From Octopus bimaculoides (Eukaryota), in NCBI RefSeq assembly GCF_001194135.2, contig NC_068981.1:171080414-171143010 (forward strand): DNA of 62,597 nucleotides, in the 5' to 3' direction. Both the position numbers and the translations under genes were made by a program. Shown here piece after piece: positions 1-12,363 of the stretch (its first letter is position 1; each line of letters begins with the position of its first letter). The notes beneath the pieces were generated by a model, which saw nothing but the letters and a program-made list of their open reading frames with translations, did not search any database and was not told the origin of the DNA.

Positions 1-490
1 TATATGCGGGTTGTGTGTGTAAGGTTTGTAAAAATGTTACTATATAGAAAATGATAAAGACAAGACAGAGAGAGGAGAAGAGGGGGAGACCTTAAGGGTT
101 CGAACATTATTATAAATTTCTTTCTCTTCTGTTTAAGATTATTCTCAATATAATCTATGTATATAAGAATAGCAATACAATAAACGTTGTATATTCGTGA
201 GAAACTTCGGAGGAACATACATTCCTCTCCATGGATACGCTTTCAATCAGTGCATTTATACAAATACATTTATGTCAATGAGGAAATTATTTTTCACGAC
301 AAATTGTATTTACATTTTAATTTTTTTATAAGACATTAACATCTATTTTAATATCAACTCATATTAAGATTTATATAATTACAAAACAGTAAAAGCATAT
401 TGAAGCATTCCGTTATCATCAACATCGCTATCACTACTATCTCCAACGTATTCCTTATCGTATAATCGTCGTCGTCACCATAACCATTCA

Positions 491-509
491 TTAATTAATT
501 CCAAATACT

Positions 510-546
<37 letters not shown>

Positions 547-549
547 ACC

Positions 550-595
<46 letters not shown>

Positions 596-614
596 TATCA
601 TCATCATCAACCTC

Positions 615-646
<32 letters not shown>

Positions 647-752
647 CATCATCATCATTATCATCATCATCAACCTCATCATCATCATCACCATCATCAT
701 TATCATCATCATCAACCTCATCATCATCATCATCATCATCATCATCAACCTC

Positions 753-802
<50 letters not shown>

Positions 803-809
803 CAACCTC

Positions 810-841
<32 letters not shown>

Positions 842-856
842 CGGCAGCAGCAGCAG
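491..856. repeat. Compound (ATC)n/(GAT)n trinucleotide microsatellite with recurring variant units
   Basis: Long ATC run interrupted by recurring AACCTC, ACC and ATT variants; source of the poly-Asp and poly-Met ORFs in the track. Confidence 0.97.
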
Positions 857-1369
857 CAGTATCGTCATCTCTCTTTGCTTCCATCTTGGAAGTAGTGTAC
901 AATAACTATTAAAAAATGGAATAAAGCAAGACAATGCATATTGTTTGTAAATGTTTTTAAATAATAATGGAATATATTGGCCATGAGATGGTTTAAAAGC
1001 TTTAGAAAACTTTTTTTTTCTTTTTTCGTGCTGGAGCTATTGAAGCGCTATTGTATATGTAAGACTCAATTTTATCACGCTAAATATTAATGCAGGAACA
1101 AAATTGCTTTCTTATCAAAATGTTTCCAAAGAATATTAAACTATTGACGATTAATTTTGTAAAGAAAAGCTGAGATAAAATAAGTGAAGCTAACTAAAAT
1201 AGAAAATACAACTTCTCAGTGCAGAAATATACATATGTATACACACACATGCACACACATAGACATACACACAAACACACGCGCACATACACACACACAC
1301 ACAAATATATATGTGTGTGTGTCTATGTAATATATACATATATTAGCGTGTGTGTTTGCATGTATATAA

Positions 1370-1405
<36 letters not shown>

Positions 1406-1449
1406 TCCGCCAAAGTCAACATTGCCGTTAATCTCATAAATAGAGTAGC

Positions 1450-2250
1450 TCTAATGCATCGACTGCTATTGATTCCTCTCATTTTCGTTCTGTTTTGTGC
1501 TGATCCGTTTGGACATACCCTCATCCATAGTAAAAATCAGTCACTAGCTCTGCTGTTGACAGAACTCGATAATACTGCAAAACTATTGCCGGAGTTTAAT
1601 GCAATCTGGAAGTGGACTGAAGAAAACACTGTACAATTTGCTGTAATTTACCGAAATTTCAAGTCTTTCACTATCAGACCATGAACATTCAGGCGGCGAG
1701 CTGGCAGAAATGTTAGCACGCCGAGCGAAATGCTTAGCAGTATTGCGTCTGTCTTTACCTTCCTGAGTTCAAATTTCGCCGAGTTTGATTTTGCCCTTCA
1801 TCTTTCCGGGGTCGATAAATTAAGTACCAGTTGCGTACTAAGGTCGATCTAATCAACTATCCCCCTCCCCATTCATTTCGGATCTTGTGCGTAGAGTAGA
1901 AAAGACCATGAACATTCAACATCTAGGATACTCACGATGTGAAAGAATTACGATTCCGGATTTAAAGGCTGCACGTGAACACTGAATAAATATGAATCGA
2001 ATGATCCATCTTTTCATATAGATACTACCAAGACGGCAAAAATGTACTAAATTGATTGCGGGGTGGATTCTGATAATTCTGTTCGAGAGTGTAAGAAACT
2101 CTCTTGCTTTTGTGGAGAACATTAGTCCTCAACCGTCAAGAGTATACTGCTCACAACTACAGTGGCGCACCGTTTGGGCTACTACTCACAACTATACTGG
2201 CCACTGGACAAACTTTCAAAAGTTTGGGCCAATGTTAGTCCAGTGATGAC
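1450..2250 (+). mobile_element. Degraded CR1-type LINE reverse-transcriptase C-terminal fragment, split by a SINE
   Basis: Translations LLPEFNAIWKWTEENTVQF (cf. LQxDLxxIYxWAxxNNMxFN), then after the SINE IAGWILI and VYCSQLQW (cf. LAGWILRTF and LDYCSQLW of CR1 ORF2). Confidence 0.65.
1692..1902 (+). mobile_element. Full-length SINE (head GGCGGCGAGCTGGCAGAA, family A) with 16-bp target-site duplication
   Basis: A-box-like head and B-box-like GAGTTCAAATT; homologous copies at 2330, 2628, 12364 and 21020; exact direct repeat AGACCATGAACATTCA at 1676-1691 and 1903-1918. Confidence 0.9.
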
Positions 2251-2329
2251 AATTCCTATAGATTATTGTACCACACTACTAGACTTACTTATATACTAAA
2301 TGTCAGCTCAATCAGAGTAAAAAGTAATT

Positions 2330-2540
2330 GTCTATAATCGATTTCAAATTTTCGTCCAAGTACAATAAATTCAGCTGAATGGGGTAAATCGATTGCGTCA
2401 ACCCAACTGCTCAACTGGTATTTGTTTTATCGATCCTGAAAGAATAAAAGGAAGAGTCAACCCTCGGCAAAATTTAATGACAGACGAAATGCCGCTAAGT
2501 ATTATGCCCGGCGTGATAACTATTCCACTAGCTAGCCTCC
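2330..2540 (-). mobile_element. SINE family A copy
   Basis: Reverse-complement similarity to 1692-1902 (ACTGGTATTTGTTTTATCGATCC, GACGAAATGCCGCTAAG, CCCGGCGTG). Confidence 0.8.
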
Positions 2541-2627
2541 TTGTTCGACTCGGATTGGTAATTCATTAACTATATTTATCTTCTGTCCATAGGTGGGTCA
2601 TAATTTTCAAACTTTACGACGTAGAGT

Positions 2628-2752
2628 TTTACCGACCCAGAAAGAATAAAAAGCGAAGTCAACCCTCGGTGGAATTTGAACTCAGAATGTAAAGACGGAC
2701 GAAATGCCGCTAAGCATTTTTCTCCGTGTGTTAATGATTCTACTAGCTGGCT
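2628..2752 (-). mobile_element. SINE family A, 5' portion only
   Basis: GTCAACCCTCGGTGGAATTTGAACTCAGAATGTAAAGACGGACGAAATGCCGCTAAGCA is the reverse complement of the family A head. Confidence 0.8.
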
Positions 2753-4044
2753 CCTTGACACGACTCAGATTTGAAATTTGAAGTTTAAAGTGATTTTAGT
2801 AAACAAGGTAATTTATTAACTATATTCATCTTCTGTCCACAATTGGGTCATAATTTTCAAACTTTAGGACGTAGAGTAGTGACAACAATACACTTCAAAC
2901 GAATTAAGAACATAAGCTGGTTCGAATCCCGTTTTCACGTTGAAATCTATTTCACTTGTAATGTCAGATATCTCTCGTTTCTTTTATAAAACTATGTATT
3001 CTCCTGATGCATTCTACTTGGGATCAACAAAATAAATGTGGCTTTTGTTTAACTTCAGATCAACTTTGATTCAGTGGACTTCTTCTGAATCGCATTCTAA
3101 AGTTGGACACCCCGTTTTGTTAGAGATACATAGGAAGACATTATCGCATGATTCTTTCCCTATTGTTGCAAATCCTAGCGTGTGACTTCATGGGCTCTTG
3201 GCTTTTATATTTAGTAATATTTCCTGACGACACGTCAAGACTACAGCGCTCATGAAAAATTTCCAGTGTCACCACACATAGATATATAACTTCAATCATC
3301 TATTAACATTACATCATTGTTAGTATAAATTTATAGTGCAACGAAATGATCGTTAGTGGGTCGCTTAAATACGCTTATCATTTGTTTATTTGCTTTTATA
3401 CTATAGGCACTTCTGGATAACTACGTCGAATTACTAAGCTCCCATACGAGTGGCTAATTTTGCATATGTTTATGTATGGATTTTTCTATGTGTATGTGCG
3501 AGTGGATTCACATTCACTCGTACATACATTCGAAATAGAAAAAAATACATATATAATGTAGAATGTCAGTGTGGTGGAGCTGCATGCGGATCAATAACCA
3601 ATGTAATAATTAGGAACTGTATCTGGCAGGCAAGTATGACAATCCATAAATAACTTTCAACTTCAAAATGTCAAATAATGATACACAATTTTGTATACGT
3701 ATCATTAAATTCAGTAGCAACATTATAAATTAAAAACGGATAAAAATCTACTTTAATAATGAAGCCAAACTTTCATTAAAATCAACTGCAATATTTTCAA
3801 TAATGAAAGAAAAATAAACAAGAATGAAGTTACATTATTGGGTCTGCAAAATTTCAATAGTTTGGAGAAAACAATTCCTTATTATAATTCATGAAGAGTT
3901 TATACTGAGAAAATTAATTTTCAATGCATTTTAGAATTTAACATTCACTTCAAAGTGGAATTTCCAATCAAAGAACATAATAGGCACTTAATAAGAGACG
4001 ACAAATATTTTAGAGGTAACACTGATTTATATGCATAAATAAAA

Positions 4045-4058
4045 ATAATAATAATGAA

Positions 4059-4095
<37 letters not shown>

Positions 4096-4168
4096 GTAAT
4101 AATAATAATGATAATGATAATTATAATGATAATTAATAATAATAATAATAATGATAATAATAATAATA
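4045..4168. repeat. (AAT)n microsatellite
   Basis: Direct reading, with a few GAT and AGT interruptions. Confidence 0.97.
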
Positions 4169-4842
4169 GAGTAATAATAAAAAGAGTAGACAGGAGGAAT
4201 AGGGGAACGGTGATGGGGTTGTTGAGGATGAGGAACAGAAACGTTATACAGTGAACCCTGATACTGTGGTGGGTTGAGATGCAGGGAAAAATGAACCAAC
4301 TAGATAATGAATTGCTTGAAATTCAAAGACGACTCACCGATTTGCTGAATGCCCCAGAAGAAAAAATCTCTATGAATATGAGAAGGGTAGATAGAAGTAT
4401 GATAAATAAAGTAACGCAAAAGATAAATACTGTCATACCATACATCCAGACGGAGGACATAACACAAACAAGGAATCTTCTCTGGGCTATTACGCTACTT
4501 GTTGATGAGAAATTACAGCTTAAGAGAACAAAAAATGGTGGAGCAAAAGAACCATGGTGAAAACGACACATAGAAAGGGACATGATGCTCAGTGGAATAT
4601 GTGCGGCAAAGACATACTTTCCTGGCACAGGAAGAAATACTACCAAGGGAACAAAAAAGGATGTAGGAAGTGTTCTGAGGGTACCAAGGGTCACCTGATC
4701 ATCAATAAAAGAGTTTTGAGGCATTGTAAAAAAAACATCATACAAACATATCTATGGCTTGGATTGACTTTAAGAAGGCATATGATATGATTTCACATAC
4801 TCGGATCGTTGAATGCCAGCAGATGTTTGATGTTGCTGAAAA
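4169..4842 (+). mobile_element. R4/Dong-clade (RLE) non-LTR retrotransposon fragment, internally deleted
   Basis: KEPW*KRHIERD (cf. KEPWWKRRIE) joined directly to ILPREQK/GCRKCSEGTKGHLIINK and MAWIDFKKAYDMISH (cf. [23 protein letters not shown] and AWIDYKKAYDMVPH, early RT motifs); frameshifted; cut off by (GAA)n. Confidence 0.8.
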
Positions 4843-4933
4843 AGAAGAAGAAGAAGAAGAAGAAGAAGAAGAAGAAGAAGAAGAAGAAGAAGAAGAAGAA
4901 GAAGAAGAAGAAGAAGAAGAAGAAGAAGAAGAA
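4843..4933. repeat. (GAA)n microsatellite
   Basis: Pure GAA run of about 30 units. Confidence 0.98.
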
Positions 4934-5101
4934 TCGTAGCAATAATATTCTATATCTCTGTAACCCAACACTCTTGGACACTCCAACTCCCTTCGCAATT
5001 TCATTGTATTCTTTCTGTCGCTGGCATTAAATGTCCTTGTGTTTCCTTTCTCTCAAACTCTCCCTCTATTTATCTTTTTCCACCCTTTCTCTCTTCTCCT
5101 G

Positions 5102-5141
<40 letters not shown>

Positions 5142-5161
5142 TCTCTCACTCNNNNNNNNNN

Positions 5162-5209
<48 letters not shown>

Positions 5210-5528
5210 TCACCCGTGAAGATCTGAATTTAAGCCCTTACTACATCTGAAATTTTATGGAATCTAGTCAAGTGAAATGCAAATTTCCTTCTTCAGGGTT
5301 AAAATGACAAGAGAGAAAGAAACACTTTGAAGCTTCATATCTTTTTTTATTTTTCTCCGATTTAATTTTGACCTTATAGACAGACTCTTCCCAAATGTAT
5401 ATATAAGCGTGTGTGTGTGTGTCTTTGTGCCTTTGTTTTCTTTCAATATTGCCCGGTGTTGGTGTGTTCATGTCCCCGTCACTTAGTGACTCAGCAAAAT
5501 AATTTTTAAAAAAACAGATAAAAGAAGG

Positions 5529-5660
5529 CACCAGGCTTTTAAAAATGTAAGTACTGGGGTCGATTCATCCGGCAAAGATTCCCTGAAGGCAGGCAGAGCC
5601 CCTGCACGGCCACTGTCTTATGACTGAAACAAGTAAAGGATAAAACAGTAAAAGAAAGAT
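5529..5660 (+). mobile_element. SINE 3' tail fragment (family C)
   Basis: CCAGGCTT...GTAAGTACTGGGGTCGATT...CACGGCC...TGACTGAAACAAGTAAA, shared with 47620 and 59135. Confidence 0.65.
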
Positions 5661-8600
5661 TATAGCAATTCATCAGCACTGTTGCTAATTAGCCCCAGTA
5701 CAACTCTGGCTCAAAAAGTTGATGATAAAAGCAATGTAGCCATGACCACCCCGTCTCATATTCTAATTGTACATCCAAGATTATATGTATCACTATGTCC
5801 TGCGCTTTTAAACGCAAGTCGTCATGAGAACTGGAATTTAATGATTGTCAATAGTTAACTGAACGACGGCATTGCAGTTCCTATGTTACAATGTCGTCAA
5901 AAATGTATCCATATACGTCACTTAAAATAGGATAATAATAATTCCGTAACTTTCTTCGCCAGATTCATATGTTTCAGAATTGAATCTGTAGATTATCAGT
6001 AGGAATTAATACTTTCGCCAGAGAATTGAAAGTTTCAATTAAATACTTTGCAACACCTGAGACAAGCTAGAAGACTTCGCGAATATTTTTCAAGTACACT
6101 ATATTTCACAAAAAAAACTGCAACTAAAATTAAACATACGTTATACCTAATATAGCATACCACAAATGAAGTGACGAGTTCAATGTGTAAATATATATTT
6201 AGAGTTAGTTTTAAATAATATTGATGATATAATTGTAAGAGAAGTTTGTTTAAGTCTAAAAAAACGAAAGATAATGGCTTGTATCAAATTTGACCTCAGT
6301 GAATTCGAATAATAAATGTTCTATGCTATTTTCACTTAGAAGTTTTTCTGTAAGAAAGTAGATGGTTTCCAACAAATTGTCAAGGGTGCACGTAGGGTAT
6401 ATATTAAGGATTAATAGAGAAGATGGAGTGTACCAAAAAGCAATTTATCGCAGTTGTTTCCTCTTCATGATGCACTGCTCTCTAGTGGGATAAATATGTA
6501 TATACGTGTGCGTGTGTGTGTGTGTGTGTGTGTTTGTGAATGCGCCGGATAATATTCATAGATGGCTAGAAAATAAAATTAACACACTGGTCGGTGCCAG
6601 GCTAGGTATCTCCGAAGCTTGCGTCACACATAAATCATGTTTCAATGACAATGCTGCCAAAATTGTCCCACTTTTCAATAACTGGTCAGCAAGGCAATTT
6701 GAAAAAGAGAATTTCGTAGCTTACTACACGAACGATAAGTGTATACAACCGCTTAGGTTGACCTTGCCATAGCAACAGTAACAACAACAGCTACCGCAGT
6801 TCCACCCTATGCAATGAATTTTTTACTGATTAAATTGTGAGAAACAAGTGAAGTCCATTTGAAAACAAGTTGAAACAGATTTCAAAGCCTTCTATCTTAT
6901 AAAAAACACTTCGAAAAATTTCACTCTATAATGTATTTGTCTGTTTCAGTCTGACAATAGTAACAAAAGAACCAATAACATAAGGACGCAACTCTACTCA
7001 GCTTTGACCTTCGTGACCTCGTGGCAGCCCATCCTATTCCTGCTAGTACTACACATTCTTTACATTCCTGGTTTACGGTCCCCTTTCCCTCGCAGACGAA
7101 CTTACCTGCCTATCAGCATCGCCGACACCACCGCCACCATCAGCATCATCTACTGCTGCTATTGTCACTACTAGCACTATCTCCACTAGCTAGAAAAATT
7201 CTTAACCATTATCCCTCAACCAACACATTATCCCTCAACCAACCCGCATCCACATTTACAATATTTTTTTTTTAAATCATTCTTCTCAGCAAAATCCACA
7301 GATAAGTGATTGCACTACACTCCACAATCTCAGATGAAACGGAATTTCAAAAGATTTCACTATCTCCATACAGAGAAAACAAGTTTACAATGTGGGTGTC
7401 TTTTCATTCTTCTCTCAGGCACTAGACGCAAATTCAAGATAACATACCAATGAAAACACTGTTAACCAAAATTAATAGAAAAATGATACTAATGTGTCTT
7501 CTATCCCCAGTAGATTTAATCTCACCAAACTTGTTCCTCATCCTATAGACTTGAAACCTGTATTATCACAGTGGTACCAACATGTACTACAGCAATGCCG
7601 ATGTGTTTTCTTTTACGCAACTCACGAAAAAAGAAACATGGAGAAAAAAACCTGTAAACAATTATGACCATATCTGACAGTACAATAGCCACGGTTACTA
7701 CAAAAAAAGTCGATTGAAGAGCAGTGAATTTCTCCAAAATTCAGAATTTTCAGCCTTACACATTTGAGAAAGGCAGGCACACATATTATTTATACACACA
7801 CACACACACACATACATGGGGGGAGGTAAAGGACATGGACCGCACCTCTTTTGGTCTTTGTTTTTTTTTGTTTTTTTTTACAGAAACCAACTAATTCGAG
7901 TGCGGAGATTCCGAATCTGCAAAAAAAAATCTGCATTTAAACATGTTTAACCCACACCCACCCACCCACTAATTTCTTCCTTTTTTAATTTTAGAAATTT
8001 CTTTTTTTTTTTTTTTTTCCTTTTTGGCGAAGCCCAAATAATCTTGTTAGTTTCAACTATATTTCTCTTCTGGAATAGCCCAAGAACCGAATCTATCTTT
8101 TTGATTTCAACTTTGAGCTTGCGTCGTCCTCACTATATCTTCTTAGTCATCGTCATATTCTTGTGACATAGCTCTTCCTATTACTTCTGCTTCATTTGCT
8201 GAGGATGCATTTACATTTACACTTTGCTCTACGTCTTCACTGCCGCCTTTCATTTTTTGTTCTCACTGGGCATGTTACCTGTTGGTGAAGTATTATTTCT
8301 ATCTTCTACTTTCATTTTTATCTCTTCTATTTCTATGACTGTTAACTACTCTTTTGCTTTTATTGCTCTTGCCTGGTCGGCTAGCCGTTGCTAAATTGTT
8401 TCGAAGACTCCTATCTCATACCATTTTGTCTCCATTCGCTGTCAGAATCTCCTTCTGCTGGGTTCACTCAATTACCGTTCGGTTTGCCTCCTTACCCCAC
8501 CTTCTTTTTTGCTTCTGGTTTTGTGTACAAACAGTCTCTGGAAGACGACCGGGCCTGCGCTGCTCAACCACAGAGCACCTGCCGGGAGGAAAGGTTTTCA

Positions 8601-8914
8601 CCTTCGATTCCAAACTCATTAACACCATTATTTGATAAATTTGTATCAGACTCAACATTAAGGTATGTGTTTTAAGGTTAGCCACCAACCGGTATTTCTA
8701 TTGAGATACCATCTCTAGTAAGGTTGTCAATGAAGACTGCGGAGCTCTCGCTACCCATAAGTTGGGTCTGGTGCATTTCTTCCGGCTTTACATTGAATTC
8801 AAGTTCCGCCCAGGAAAAACAATCACCCGCCGAGCACTAGGGTCAAAGTAATCGTCTCCCTTTACTAAAAATTGCTGGTCCTGTCCCGAAATTAGAAATA
8901 TTATCATAGTTATT

Positions 8915-9040
8915 ATTATTTATCCGTTTATCCACCGACGATAAAATAAGTACCAGTTGAGCAATGGGATTGATGCAATTGAATTACCCCTCCTCTCGAA
9001 ATTGCTAGCCTTCAGCAAAAATTTGAAGCCATTATTATTT
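8915..9040 (+). mobile_element. SINE family A, 3' portion
   Basis: GATAAAATAAGTACCAGTTGAGCAATGGGATTGATGCAATTGA matches GATAAATTAAGTACCAGTTG of 1692-1902. Confidence 0.65.
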
Positions 9041-10369
9041 ATTCATTTTTATGACGGCGTTCTACACTTTTTATCGAACAGGACCTCCAATCTCTTAATA
9101 TAACTGAATAAACTAAACAAAAAATATGCAATACACAACCAACCATTGCAAATCTCTTTCAAATAATAATGTTTACTTAATTTATTGGGTACAATATACA
9201 TGAAAATTCCCATATTACACACCTTATTTGATTAACTAAGTTTGGTGAGAACATAGTGGCAGAATTCTGAAATGTGTCGTAATTTTATCGCTAAATTCGC
9301 AGAGCATGTTCAGAGCTAAAGCTGTTTGGGATTAATGACTAAATTTTGATTCTTATTTATTAGTGTTGTTGTATTGTGATTTGTATACTTTTATTATGTT
9401 CATTGAACGTTTCTTTCTCATCTGATGTAATGTTTTAATAAATTGTTGTTGATGAGGATAATGTTGCTGTTAAAGAAGGATGGTAATTATGATAAAGAAG
9501 CAGCTGGAGGTGATTTCATGTGTGTATGCCTTCGTGTGCATTTCCATTAGTAAATTAATAGTTAACCTAATCACAATAACTGTATTTTATACCTGCCGGA
9601 AATCTTTTATAGCAACAAGTAGTTTAATAGAACAACAAAACTTGATTTATTCCTTCGTCAATTGATTTTAGTTGGAAAGTAATCGCTTCTTACGCAGCCG
9701 TTGGGTACGTGGATGACTTGCAGACAAGCAATCGTGAATGCATTGGTTCAATGAGCCTGAGTTTCTCTCTATCACCAAATCATATTGAGCTTTGAAGTAT
9801 ACCATCGCAGCAACTAGCAACATCGCATTTGTTTTCAGTAAAGGAGAGGTATCTCTAGCGATGAGCTTAATAGTCCATAAAATGTTTATCACATTAATAT
9901 CAGTTGTATTTTTGACAAGATGATACCCTCAAATAGTCCTTGCAACATAGCGTATATAGTCGTCACAAGAGAAGAATACAACAGTTGTAAGAAATAACGG
10001 CAAGGAATTAGAGGAGTGTCTCAATAGCTTTTAATATTCATTTCAATTTTTCCTCCCTATCAAACTGAGGAAGCTTAAACATACCTTAAGCATGAAAACA
10101 GGTAGAAAACAGGTAGAAACCTTGAGCATAAAAACAGGTAGTTTGTGTATCCAGTTGGGATGCGAAATGGTAGCTGAGATTCAAATCGTGTCTGTCAGCT
10201 AAAACTTTCGACTTCAGTGTGCAAATCACACATTCAACGTGTCCGTATTCATTACAATAAATTCGCTGCCAGCTAAAGTATATGATAATGTGCCTCGACT
10301 AGATGTTACAACAGTGATTGTGTTGCATTCGCTGGTGCTACAAAAATGTTTTCATTCCGTATTTTACAG

Positions 10370-10453
10370 ATATCTGTTAAGCGACGAGTAGATCCTAATG
10401 TTAGGGCTGTGATTTCCATTTCAACAATCGGTTCATATTTTTCCCATCTACAT
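10370..10453 (+). CDS. Possible isolated 84-nt phase 0/0 exon, product unknown
   Basis: Acceptor TTTTCATTCCGTATTTTACAG, donor GTATGT, only one open frame (ISVKRRVDPNVRAVISISTIGSYFSHLH); no recognised homology. Confidence 0.18.
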
Positions 10454-10884
10454 GTATGTTAATCTTAACGCTTCAGCCAAGAACTTTCATGAGTCAGAAT
10501 CCTCAACAAGTCAACACCACGTTAATCACTAACGATACTCTATTCAATGGAACTAGAAATTTATTGATTTTCTTAGAAGCTCTCTTCCAGATTGGGCTAT
10601 ATCTAATCATCATTTCTCGTCAGTTTCTATGATTGCCAAAGCTTTCTGTTCAATTGATGAGGGATTGCTTTGACAAGGGTTCTGGGAAAGAAAGCGAAAG
10701 ATTTATTATATTGAGTCAGATCACCTGAAATTGCATTTCCAGAAGTGTCATTTTCAATTCGTCGTGGAATTTCAGGTAAAATATTCGAGTGATATAAAGG
10801 AAAATATTACCTAATAAAATCTTAAGTAACAGAATATCATTTTAGTGTCCCATGTAAATGGATAAATCCGATTTAAAATGCAAA

Positions 10885-11338
10885 ATGCTATTGGCTATCT
10901 TCAAAGTAACCACAGCATCAGTGGAGAGTACTATGCCAACTTGCTGAGGCGGTTACGAAAGGCTATCAAAACGGAGCGGTCCTGTTTCCTCAAAACAATT
11001 CTCCAGCACACAAGTCTTTGTTTTCAATGGCTGTTGTGTGTGACTATCTTTGAACTAGTTAATCATCTCCCCTATTCTCTTTATTTGGCACCATTTGACT
11101 ATCATCTGTTCTCTAACAAGAACAAAAAATAGTACATGGCCAGGAACCAGTGCCGCAGTCATGACTGTTTAACCAACAGGATGAAATTTTTTTCACCAAT
11201 GGGCTCCAAACACTACAACGCCTATAGAAGAAGTGTGTGGACAACTAAGGGGACGGACAACGTACAAAAATAAACAAGACATTCTCATCCCATGAGAGTG
11301 TCTTGGTCAGCCTATGAATTTTCCAGCCGACACTTGTA
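10885..11338 (+). mobile_element. Mariner (DD34D) transposon, 3' half with right terminal inverted repeat
   Basis: GYLQSNHSISGEYYANLLRRLRKAIK and NHLPYSLYLAPFDYHLF (cf. HPPYSPDLAPSDYHLF); ends CTTGGTCAGCCTATGAATTTTCCAGCCGACACTTG-TA; frameshifts and stops. Confidence 0.88.
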
Positions 11339-12363
11339 ATGAGTATTTTCGTATTCTGTAGCGTAAGTAAATAAAGCTTCAACACTCAAGTGTAGCGTAT
11401 TCGTATACAATACAAATGCCTGCCTATAAGTCATTGTCTAACGTATACTAGAATGTACCTGGAATGGAAGTGTTGATAACGAATACGTATCAGTTGTTCT
11501 GTATCTCAATGAACTATTGGAGTCACAATTTGGGAAATTTTACGTTTGCTTTATCGTTATTGCGACACGAACACAGACATAATGGAAGCGAATACTGTAA
11601 TCCAGGCAATGATTTTACCATTTCTCTTACGCTCTGTCAAACTTGAAAGTAAATTATTTTATAACTTCACTGTTATACATTTAAGATAATCAAATGATTT
11701 CTAGTTCTGTATACATTAGGTAAAGAGGTGCAGTGAAATAAATTTAACTAGTTAGGTGGATTATACAGTATTTCAATATCCACAATGGAAAATATTATTA
11801 AGAGCATTTTTATAAATTTCATGAGTATTATTATAATTTTCATTAAAAATATGAAAATATGAAAGTATTTAAATATACTGCTCAACAAAAATTAAAATAA
11901 GAATTTATATCAAATAGAATATTACACAACTGAAAATTTTTGCATGTGTTAAGGTGTGTATTTAATGAATTTCATATTAATAATTTAAGAACCAATTTCC
12001 GAAATGAAATTAATTGTATTTTAGTGATTGTCCGTTTATATTTGGATCTGTTTTTGCTCAAAAGAAATATATGACATAAAACGCATGTATGTTACCAGTG
12101 TACAGTGACTAGGATCCGGTTTCGGTTTTCGATCAAATACGTTTTCACTTTGTGTAAACTTCTTACCTGTTTAAGAAAAGACAAGTATTTAAGAAAACAC
12201 TTTTGCTGTGTTATATATCATTTCACTATGGTGTGGAGTCGAAAAATCCAAACATACGTTTATGCATCAATATTCAAAAGATTGCAAATAATGAAATTAA
12301 ATTACAGTCAAGTGATTCTTAATTGTGTTTGGCTAAGTATGACATAACTAGTTATCAATTAAT

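Noticed and set aside
491-934. 147-aa poly-Met and 135-aa poly-Asp ORFs
   Set aside because: Translations of a trinucleotide microsatellite; no domain or splice evidence
2919-2930. GGTTCGAATCCC, a perfect tRNA T-arm/B-box
   Set aside because: No A-box, acceptor stem or cloverleaf around it; likely a SINE scrap, not a tRNA gene
3059-3186. Acceptor-like site followed by a 41-codon frame (STLIQWTSSESHSKVGHPVLLEIHRK...)
   Set aside because: No good donor, no recognisable homology; within chance expectation
6506-6772. 88-aa ORF
   Set aside because: Starts in a (TG)n tract, no splice or motif support, no recognisable product
7107-7190. Minus-strand segment with a perfect CAG/GTAAGT donor and TTTTTCTAG acceptor
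   Set aside because: Content is decayed GGT/GAT/GTA microsatellite giving a low-complexity peptide
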